A stretch of DNA of 64,000 nt from an uncultured Lachnospiraceae bacterium. Its GTDB lineage: Bacteria; Bacillota; Clostridia; Lachnospirales; Lachnospiraceae. The notes under the pieces were generated by a model, which searched no databases, had not been told where the DNA came from, and saw nothing but the letters and a program-made list of their open reading frames with translations. Shown one piece after another: positions 9,725-16,959 of this stretch (positions are counted from its first letter, which is position 1; each line of letters starts with the position of its first letter). The stretch is from positions 801-64,800 of the forward strand of contig CAMWJC010000008.1 in the NCBI GenBank assembly GCA_947174495.1. Reading direction: 5' to 3'. The position numbers and the translations under genes were made by a program.

Positions 9725-11047
9725 CTATAGCAGGTTTATTTTCATTTCCCTTTTTATGTAAAAGATGCTGATTCCAAACGTAATTCCCTCCGTAACCGGT
9801 GCAGCCAGCCATACACCTGTCATTCCGAAATAAACCGGCAATACAAAAATACAAATCAACAAAATCAACAATCCTCTTGCAGACGAAATCACAGCCGACT
9901 CAAACGCTCTGCCAGTTGATGTAAAGTAGAAAGAAGTAATTGCATTGATGCCCGAAAAGAAAAAAGATATCATGAAAACGGATATTCCGGACTTTACCAT
10001 CTCCTGCACTGCCATATTTTTTACAAACAACTCTCCGTACCATCCCGAAAATGCCGTTATCAGAAGAAATGTCAATACTCCCATTATTAATACCAGTCCA
10101 TTGGTCTTTTGCCGTATCTTTCCCGCAAGCGCCTTCTCCTGCGCTCCATAGGAAAAGCTGATCAGCGGACTTGCTCCCTGTCCAAAGCCTATCACCACCA
10201 TACTGAACATGTATGCCACATACCCCACAATTGTAAATGCTGAAACACCGTCCACTCCAATCCTTCGCATGATCACAAAATTGTAGGCAAACATAGCTAT
10301 TCCTGTAGACATCTCACCAATAAACTCAGAGCTTCCGTTAAGCAGGGTGCTTTTTAAAACAGATATGGAAAAGGAGAATTTTCCCAACCGATACACCTGT
10401 GCCCTTTTGTAAAAGAAATATAAAATAGCCGCTAAAGAGACCAACGCTGAAATCAGCGATGCTGCCGCAATTCCTGCAATTCCGGTATGTAGCACCCCGG
10501 CAAACAGGTAGTCCAGAACAATGTTCATTACCACACAGATCACATTGACTTTCATGTAAAACTGCGGCTTTCCCTCTCCCCGTATAAACATACCGAGAGA
10601 AGAATTAACCACCATTACCACAAGTTCCGGTAAGAGGATAATATAATAAGTGCAAAAATAATCTCTCACCAAACCTTCAGCGCCTAAAAGATTCAGCATA
10701 GGCCCGAAAAAAAGAAAAACCAGTAATCCTGTCAGTATAGCACCTCCCGCGGTCGTTGCAATTGTCTGTCGGAAGATCTGATTACATTTTTCTTTATCTC
10801 CCGCGCCAAATACCATTCCTGCAATTGCCACGCCGCCCACCGATACCATCAGTCCGATTCCCAAAAACAGATAAATCACCGGCAGTCCTAAATTGACGGC
10901 GGCAATGCCTTCCTTTCCCACATAATTCCCGATAAAGAAACCGTCGGCAACCGTAATAAATGATGTCAGCACCATCCCGATAATAGATGGTACCGCAAAC
11001 TGTAAGATCATTCTCGTTGTGCTTTGTTTCATCTTATTCAAATCCAT
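9725..11047 (-). CDS. MATE family efflux transporter
   Basis: FAVPSII...ADGFFIGNYVGKEGIAAVN, RGEGKP, NIVLDY, GVWLAAPVTE; about 12 TM segments; GGAGG RBS. Confidence 0.92.
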   Translation of the reverse strand: MDLNKMKQSTTRMILQFAVPSIIGMVLTSFITVADGFFIGNYVGKEGIAAVNLGLPVIYLFLGIGLMVSVGGVAIAGMVFGAGDKEKCNQIFRQTIATTAGGAILTGLLVFLFFGPMLNLLGAEGLVRDYFCTYYIILLPELVVMVVNSSLGMFIRGEGKPQFYMKVNVICVVMNIVLDYLFAGVLHTGIAGIAAASLISALVSLAAILYFFYKRAQVYRLGKFSFSISVLKSTLLNGSSEFIGEMSTGIAMFAYNFVIMRRIGVDGVSAFTIVGYVAYMFSMVVIGFGQGASPLISFSYGAQEKALAGKIRQKTNGLVLIMGVLTFLLITAFSGWYGELFVKNMAVQEMVKSGISVFMISFFFSGINAITSFYFTSTGRAFESAVISSARGLLILLICIFVLPVYFGMTGVWLAAPVTEGITFGISIFYIKREMKINLL

Positions 11048-11181
11048 AAAAAACTCCTCCTATATATAGACTCCGTTTAGCTGTCCCAATAACAGAATCA
11101 GCTGACAACAAAGTTCATACTAGCAGGAGCAGAAAAAATAAACTTCTGAATTCTTGCCCTATATCTTCCTCCAATTTTTCC

Positions 11182-12027
11182 CTAGCGTATCGGCAGGCAG
11201 ATATCCAGTTCCATATACATGGAATCACTATCCACCTTATGATAAATATCAAAGCCGCAGCGACAGTCCAGTTCATATCCGGTCTGCGGAAGCCATTTTT
11301 GAAAAATGACCTGATAAGCGGCATATATATGTTTTGCCAACCCTTTAAACGGATAGACTGCGCACTTCCCGCCCTCTATCACACAAGTGTTTTCCAGCGC
11401 ACACCCCGGATCAACTGTCATGCAGATATCGTAAATGCACCCATCCATATCCGTGATGGACGGATCATCAAAAGTTCGTTCCAGAAAAAGCGTCCGGTCT
11501 GTTATAAAGTCCCGATATTTCTCCATAAACCCATTCCAGTCAATGCGAAGGTCATGGTAATTCCCAATCCGCCTCTCGTACAATACCAGAAAGTCAGGCA
11601 CTTCTCTGATTACAATCTTACGGCTGCATTCCTCAAAGCTTTCCAGTTCCTCTTCCTTCTTGTGAAAAAAAGGGTGATGAAGCGTTCTTTGATAAATTCC
11701 CTTCCGAAAGGACATCGGGTTCACCCGGTACTTCTGCCTGAAGGCAGAACTATAATTTGACGGACTATATCCAAAATCATAGCCGATATCCGTGACCGAC
11801 CTGTCAGGCTCGATTTTCAGCCGGAATGCGCTTTGCTCCAGCTTCAGCCTCTTGATAAAAGCATAAATACTCTCCCCTGTCTCCTCTTTGAACATTCTGC
11901 TGAAATAAAATCGAGAAAAATGACAGTGCGATGCAACATCCATGACCGAAAGCTCTTCGTTGACATGTTGCAATATATAGTCAATTGCATGATTAATAAC
12001 TTCATTGTTAATTTTCGTCTTCTTCAT
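11182..12027 (-). CDS. AraC family regulator with C-terminal GyrI-like effector domain
   Basis: N-terminal HTH (AIDYI...FSRFYFSRMFKEETG...FGYSPSNYSSAF); C-terminal GyrI-like fold (IEGGKCAVY...WLPQTGY...ICLPI). Confidence 0.9.
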   Translation of the reverse strand: MKKTKINNEVINHAIDYILQHVNEELSVMDVASHCHFSRFYFSRMFKEETGESIYAFIKRLKLEQSAFRLKIEPDRSVTDIGYDFGYSPSNYSSAFRQKYRVNPMSFRKGIYQRTLHHPFFHKKEEELESFEECSRKIVIREVPDFLVLYERRIGNYHDLRIDWNGFMEKYRDFITDRTLFLERTFDDPSITDMDGCIYDICMTVDPGCALENTCVIEGGKCAVYPFKGLAKHIYAAYQVIFQKWLPQTGYELDCRCGFDIYHKVDSDSMYMELDICLPIR

Positions 12028-12068
12028 GAATTGATTATAGCAAAATCATTTTTTCTTTTCCATGAAAT

Positions 12069-12172
12069 TCAAGTAATACTTTTGTCTGCGAAATTTTCGC
12101 CTGCAATACTTTTGCCACGACAATCTCGCCCGCGAAAAATTCGCCTGCGAAAAATTTACCAGCAGAAATCCT
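12069..12172. repeat. Degenerate ~15-bp tandem repeat (6-7 units, consensus GCCTGCGAAAAATT(C/T))
   Basis: Units: TCAAGTAATACTTTT, GTCTGCGAAATTTTC, GCCTGCAATACTTTT, GCCA-CGACAATCTC, GCCCGCGAAAAATTC, GCCTGCGAAAAATTT, ACCAGCAGAAATCCT. Confidence 0.75.
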
Positions 12173-12194
12173 GCAAATCTATGGCTCTCTCATA

Positions 12195-12223
12195 TTGACA
12201 AACTGCCAAAACAGCGGTATATT
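12195..12223 (+). promoter_or_regulatory. Sigma-A promoter of the C39 peptidase gene
   Basis: TTGACA (12195-12200) - 17 nt - TATATT (12218-12223). Confidence 0.7.
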
Positions 12224-12305
12224 ACAATCACTTTGCATCATTTATGCATGCACAACATAAATTATACCAACATTTATCAACTACTAAGGAAATTTATGAA
12301 ATACC

Positions 12306-12938
12306 ATGAAGAATTTATTAAACTATCAGACATCTGAATATGACTGCGGTCCTGTCAGCCTGCTTAACGGTATTCGCTATTTGTTTGAACGTGAGGAGAT
12401 CGTTCCCGATCTGGTTAAATTTGTCATGCTTTACTGCATGGATTCTTACAATGAAGACGGAGAACTTTGTAAACACGGCACCTCTGCCGCAGCTATGAAT
12501 TATATGGCAAGCTGGATGAACCATTTCGGTGAGGTCAAAAAGTTTCCTCTTGCCTGCGAATTTTTTACCGGAGAAGAGGTAACTATCTCTCCGGGAAGCC
12601 GGATCGGCCGTGCTCTTGCCCGGGGCGGCGTAGTGGTGGTGCATGTTTTTCTTGGAGTGCCCCATTATGTGCTGTTAACAGGTATTGAAAACGGGCGTGT
12701 TCTGCTGTTTGATCCTTTTTATGAAGAAATCGATGACCCTGAATTAGATGAAGAATATTCTACGGACGAAATCGAATTTATCTTTGACCGACCCAAAAAA
12801 GCCAACCGCTCTGTCAGCATAGAGCGTATGAACCGCATTTCCATGGATTATTATGAAATGGGAGAATATTGCTGTCGTGAAGCGCTGATTATGTATAACA
12901 CTTCCTTACAGGACAGCAATTTATCAGAACACTTCTAA
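12306..12938 (+). CDS. Stand-alone peptidase C39-like cysteine protease
   Basis: YQTSEYDCGP (Q...DCG catalytic Cys), PHYVLL (His), LFDP (Asp). No TM or ABC domain and no signal peptide. Confidence 0.8.
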   Translation: MKNLLNYQTSEYDCGPVSLLNGIRYLFEREEIVPDLVKFVMLYCMDSYNEDGELCKHGTSAAAMNYMASWMNHFGEVKKFPLACEFFTGEEVTISPGSRIGRALARGGVVVVHVFLGVPHYVLLTGIENGRVLLFDPFYEEIDDPELDEEYSTDEIEFIFDRPKKANRSVSIERMNRISMDYYEMGEYCCREALIMYNTSLQDSNLSEHF

Positions 12939-12948
12939 ACAAATATTG

Positions 12949-12980
12949 AAAAGCCGATGCCCCGCAAGGTATCGGCTTTT
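12949..12980. terminator. Bidirectional intrinsic terminator between the C39 gene and spoVT
   Basis: AAAAGCCGATGCC-ccgcaa-GGTATCGGCTTTT between convergent genes. Confidence 0.8.
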
Positions 12981-13008
12981 GTAAGCAGTTTCCATACTTC
13001 CTGCCATG

Positions 13009-13554
13009 CTATTGCTCCATCTGTCTCCCCAGAAATCCTGCTGCAGACTGCACCAATTTCTGTTCCACTTCTCCCATTTTTCCTTTGTCACTGTTATCAA
13101 TCAAAACCACGCCCCCGATCATGTCACCTTCACAAATAATCGGATAGATTGCTTCCTGTTCAAATTCATCTGTCAGATCCTGAGTAATCGGGATAAAATT
13201 GCTGTCACCTTTTGATGCAATCACCATTTCTCTTCTTCCCAGTTTGTCCTCCAGATCCTTACTGATAGATTTTCCCAGAATTCCTTTAAATCCTCCTGAT
13301 ACCGCAATAAACTGATCCCGGTCTGCAATAAGAGCAGTTCTCCCGGATGCCTGAGCCAGACTTTCTGCATATTGTCTTGCAAAAGAAGTCATCTCTCCGA
13401 TAGGGGAATATTTCTTCAGAATGATCTCTCCTTCCCTGTCAGTGTAAATTTCCAGAGGGTCGCTCTCCCGTATCCGGAGCGTGCGCCTGATTTCTTTTGG
13501 AATGACAATTCGTCCAAGATCATCTATTCTTCTAACAATACCTGTTGCCTTCAT
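13009..13554 (-). CDS. spoVT: Stage V sporulation protein T (AbrB-like DNA-binding domain + GAF)
   Basis: MKATGIVRRIDDLGRIVIPKEIRRTLRIRESDPLEIY...KKYSPIGE...AAGFLGRQME; GGAGG RBS. Confidence 0.96.
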   Translation of the reverse strand: MKATGIVRRIDDLGRIVIPKEIRRTLRIRESDPLEIYTDREGEIILKKYSPIGEMTSFARQYAESLAQASGRTALIADRDQFIAVSGGFKGILGKSISKDLEDKLGRREMVIASKGDSNFIPITQDLTDEFEQEAIYPIICEGDMIGGVVLIDNSDKGKMGEVEQKLVQSAAGFLGRQMEQ

Positions 13555-13614
13555 AAAACAGAAACCTCCATTTACTCTACTCGTATTTTCATTACACTTT
13601 TTAAGTCGTGCTAC

Positions 13615-13643
13615 TAGTATCTGTAAATGAAGGCAGTTTATAC
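13615..13643 (-). promoter_or_regulatory. Probable sigma-G promoter of spoVT
   Basis: GTATA - 17 nt - GATACTA, close to the GHATR..CATWHTA sigma-G consensus. spoVT is a known sigma-G target. Confidence 0.6.
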
Positions 13644-13702
13644 CTGTCATTTTCTATTTTTAATAAATTAACATTTAGCTGGGTTCCAGAAATCAATATA
13701 AA

Positions 13703-13836
13703 ACCCGGATAGAATCAAATTCAACGTCACCACGCTTTCGCTCTACAAAAAGCGTAATGGTGCTAAGTTCGTTAAGAACCTCACTAAGCACCAACGCTTT
13801 TTGAAGGGTTCCTTTAGAATTTGATTCTATCCGGGT
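13703..13836. repeat. 134-bp palindromic (REP/MITE-like) element with perfect 20-bp terminal inverted repeats
   Basis: ACCCGGATAGAATCAAATTC (13703-13722) / GAATTTGATTCTATCCGGGT (13817-13836); inner stems AAAAAGCGT/ACGCTTTTT and TGGTGCT/AGCACCA. Confidence 0.8.
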
Positions 13837-13972
13837 CAAGTTATTGGCTGACGTAAAACCAGCTAATGACTTCACTACAGTCGCCTAATCCACTGTCTGG
13901 CTACTCGCTAAAGAGTGGAACATTTAACCTTAGCAGAGTTACCAGTTGGGCTATGCGTCATTCAATAACCCA

Positions 13973-14072
13973 GCTCCGATGAAAATAAATCCTTGAGGAA
14001 ACAATTCGCGCACGCTTTATCAAGCAGTGTTAAGCGCCAGTATGGCGCGAAAGGATTTATTTTCATCAGAGC
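13973..14072. repeat. 100-bp palindromic (REP/MITE-like) element with 22-bp terminal inverted repeats (1 mismatch)
   Basis: GCTCCGATGAAAATAAATCCTT (13973-13994) / AAGGATTTATTTTCATCAGAGC (14051-14072); small internal hairpins. Confidence 0.8.
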
Positions 14073-14110
14073 GGTCGTTTCACATACACATTCCCTAACT
14101 AAACGTTAAT

Positions 14111-15880
14111 TTACCGATACAACGGCCCATACGCCTTACAAGCCGCATAGTCCGCCGCCTCTTTATCCTTCGTCCCGAAGCTGTCCCATGCATGAGGCCG
14201 GAAAATCTTTTGCTCCTCCACATTATGCATGGCAACCGGTATCCTCAGCATAGACGCTAAAGTGATTAAATCTGCTCCCACATGACCATGAATAAAGGCC
14301 CCGTGATTGGCACCCCACGATGCCATTACACTATATACATCTCTGAAGGCTCCTTCTCCTGTAAGTCTGGGCACAAACCATGTGGTAGGCCAGGTAGGAT
14401 CTGTCCTCTCATCGATCTTCTTATGAACCTCCTCCGGAAGGACAATGCTGCTGCCTTCTGCAATCTGCATCACAGGTCCAACGCCCTCCACCAGATTGAT
14501 CCTCACCATAGTTAGAGGCATCTGTGCATCTGTTTTAAAATGTGAAGAATATCCGCCTCCCCGGAACTGGCATAATTCAGCCGGGCACCAGTCTGTAGCA
14601 TTTAAGCAATCATCAATATCCTGATCCGTCATCTGCCACCACGCTTTCATAACCGGATTTCCATTCTCATCTTTGCTCTTTCCGGTGGCATCTAAACAGG
14701 TAGAGCCGGAATTGATCAAATGAATAAAGCCGTCCGCCGCCGGACCTTCCGGCTTCCAGCCTGTAACTCTCTCCACTGCTTCAGGGCTCCAATAACACCG
14801 TACATCCGAAAATCCGCTGGCTTTCCCTGTAAGAAGATTTCCAAAGAGCATGGAAAGACCGTTCAGATTATCATTCTCTGTAGCAAATACATAGGGCGCT
14901 CTTTTCCCATTCCAGTCAAATGTTGAATTCAGGATTGCCTCCGTAAAATCTGCATTTGGTTTATAATCCGTCCACATACGCTGCCCCTGGAAACCGCCGA
15001 ACAATGCATTTCTTCCCAGAGCTTCCTCTGCAAATCCTTTTTCTGCCAGCTTAGAGTTCCCCTGCATGATATCCTTGATAATAATGGTCATTTTTACTAC
15101 AAATTCCCATTCCTCATCCTTTTGCGCTCTGGTATGGGCACGTGAATCCGGATTAGGATCATGCCCTTCCCTGCATTTTTCTTTTACCCATTTCAAAGCC
15201 ATATGGAATTCCTCCTCATCATAGATTCCATAATCCATTCTGCGGAGAATTTCTGTCATATCCACCCATTCCGGGCGCATTCCCAAATATTGAATATAAA
15301 ACAGCGGATCAAGGAAGGATCCCATGATCCCCATGGAAACCGATCCAAATCCCACATAAGACTTGCCCCGCAACTGACCAACAACAGCAGCGCATCTTGC
15401 AAAACGGAGAATCTTTTCCTGTACATCCTCCGGAACCTCTTCATCTTCCATATCCTGAACATCTCTTCCATAAATAGAATAGCAGGGACGGTTCATCTGA
15501 TTGTGAGCAGCCAACGCTGATGCAAGGTACACAGCCCCCGGCCGTTCCGTGCCGTTAAAGCCCCAGATGGCCTTCATCGTCCACGGACTTAAATCAATCG
15601 TCTCAAGGGGATAGCACCAGCTTGGCGTAACACTTAAAGTTGCAGTTACATTCCTTTCCTCAAAGTAAGCCGCACACCTTGCCGCTTCCTCCCCTCCTGC
15701 AATGCTTCCCGGGAACACTACCACCCTTACCGGTGTTCCGTCCGCATAAAAAACATTTTCTTCAATCAGCCGCCGGGCACTTTCTGCCATTTGTGCAACC
15801 TTATCCTCAAGAGCATCTCGAATGCCCATTCTTCTGGAATCAACAATTGGTCTGATACCGATTGCGGGATAATTCTTCAT
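14111..15880 (-). CDS. fucI: L-fucose/D-arabinose isomerase family protein
   Basis: IGIRPIVDSRR, WCY, WGFNGTERPGAVYLA, SMGI, GFQGQR.WTD; metal-ligand motifs TEAILN, ATEND, WGANH; 589 aa from MKNYPA (AAGGTGAGG RBS). Confidence 0.93.
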   Translation of the reverse strand: MKNYPAIGIRPIVDSRRMGIRDALEDKVAQMAESARRLIEENVFYADGTPVRVVVFPGSIAGGEEAARCAAYFEERNVTATLSVTPSWCYPLETIDLSPWTMKAIWGFNGTERPGAVYLASALAAHNQMNRPCYSIYGRDVQDMEDEEVPEDVQEKILRFARCAAVVGQLRGKSYVGFGSVSMGIMGSFLDPLFYIQYLGMRPEWVDMTEILRRMDYGIYDEEEFHMALKWVKEKCREGHDPNPDSRAHTRAQKDEEWEFVVKMTIIIKDIMQGNSKLAEKGFAEEALGRNALFGGFQGQRMWTDYKPNADFTEAILNSTFDWNGKRAPYVFATENDNLNGLSMLFGNLLTGKASGFSDVRCYWSPEAVERVTGWKPEGPAADGFIHLINSGSTCLDATGKSKDENGNPVMKAWWQMTDQDIDDCLNATDWCPAELCQFRGGGYSSHFKTDAQMPLTMVRINLVEGVGPVMQIAEGSSIVLPEEVHKKIDERTDPTWPTTWFVPRLTGEGAFRDVYSVMASWGANHGAFIHGHVGADLITLASMLRIPVAMHNVEEQKIFRPHAWDSFGTKDKEAADYAACKAYGPLYR

Positions 15881-15965
15881 GTTAAGTAACCTCACCTTTC
15901 CATTAATAAAAACACATTGATAACTTGAAACATTCATACATCATTTCACAACACCAAAAAGCCGT

Positions 15966-16868
15966 TTATTTACGAAGAGCACTAGCACCATCAGAATTTG
16001 GCCCTGCAAATACACCGCGCAAAAATGCCACTGACCACGCTGCATCCTGATCAAGTATCTGGGTCGATGCACCTTTACTTAAGTCACGCCATACCTTGAT
16101 ATCGCTTCCCACGCCTCCGCCGTTTCTCACAAACGGCTCCATCACCACGTTTTTGTTATAACCAATTGCGCGAAGCGCACTTCCAATCTCATACCAGGGC
16201 ATGCTGCCTTTTCCCGGCAGACGCCGGTTATTTTCACCCACATGGAAATGCCCCAGCTTATCACCTGCAAGCAGGATTGCTTCTGTCATGCTGTCCTCCT
16301 CAATATTCATATGGAAGGTATCCAGCATGATCTTTACCGCAGGCACATCCACCTGTTCCACAAACGCTTTACATTCCTCACAGGTATTGAGCAGATACCC
16401 TTCAAACCGGTTTAATACCTCCAGACAATAATCCACGCCGCATTCTCCGGCAATCTTTCCCACTGTTCTTACATTCTTTACACTTCGTTCCCAGTCCCCT
16501 GCTTTGTCGATGGGTTTACTGTAATCCACTGGCCAGTAAGAATAAATCCCGCCGCCTAAAGTGTGAATATCAAGGATCTCCAATTTTTTCAGGATGTCAG
16601 TAAAAAAGGCTATGGCATTTTTTACTGTCCCCTCATCTACACTTGCCAGATTTTCACTTGCCGCAGGTCCATATCCTGCTGTCAGAATCACTCCCGCATC
16701 CTGTGCCATTTTTTTCATTTCCAAAAGCTCTGCCTCTGTGATATTCTTCAGCATAGCACAGGAAATCTCCAAAATATCAAAACCGAGCTCTTTTACCTTG
16801 GAGATATATGATTTTTGATCTGCATTCCACTCTTTTTCCCAATATGCAAAATAAATTCCATATTTCAT
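15966..16868 (-). CDS. Ketose 3-epimerase (D-psicose/D-tagatose 3-epimerase family)
   Basis: MKYGIYFAYWEKEW N-terminus as in clostridial D-psicose 3-epimerases; GGGIYSYWPVDY, LEVLNRFE, LDTFHMNIEE, HFHVGENNRRLPGKG, MEPF (Glu/Asp/His/Glu metal and catalytic set), DIKVWRDL. Confidence 0.92.
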   Translation of the reverse strand: MKYGIYFAYWEKEWNADQKSYISKVKELGFDILEISCAMLKNITEAELLEMKKMAQDAGVILTAGYGPAASENLASVDEGTVKNAIAFFTDILKKLEILDIHTLGGGIYSYWPVDYSKPIDKAGDWERSVKNVRTVGKIAGECGVDYCLEVLNRFEGYLLNTCEECKAFVEQVDVPAVKIMLDTFHMNIEEDSMTEAILLAGDKLGHFHVGENNRRLPGKGSMPWYEIGSALRAIGYNKNVVMEPFVRNGGGVGSDIKVWRDLSKGASTQILDQDAAWSVAFLRGVFAGPNSDGASALRK

Positions 16869-16959
16869 CATAACCCACCTTTCCTGCATTCTCCTACCTG
16901 CAACAAATCAAACAGGTGCACTTACACGTCCACTTAGTGACTACTATGAAGTATTTTAT

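Noticed and set aside
12069-12172. CRISPR array
   Set aside because: Units are 15 nt, contiguous and without spacers; no cas genes in the window.
13703-13836. 6S RNA (rod with central bubble)
   Set aside because: Only 134 nt, with a perfect 20-bp closing stem; 6S RNA is about 180-200 nt with imperfect stems, and I see no 6S sequence signature.
13693-13875. 60-aa minus-strand ORF in the hairpin region
   Set aside because: Lies wholly within palindromic elements, has no convincing RBS and no protein-like features.
14111-15880. Canonical L-fucose (fuc) operon
   Set aside because: No fuculokinase, aldolase, mutarotase or permease is adjacent; the neighbour is a ketose 3-epimerase.
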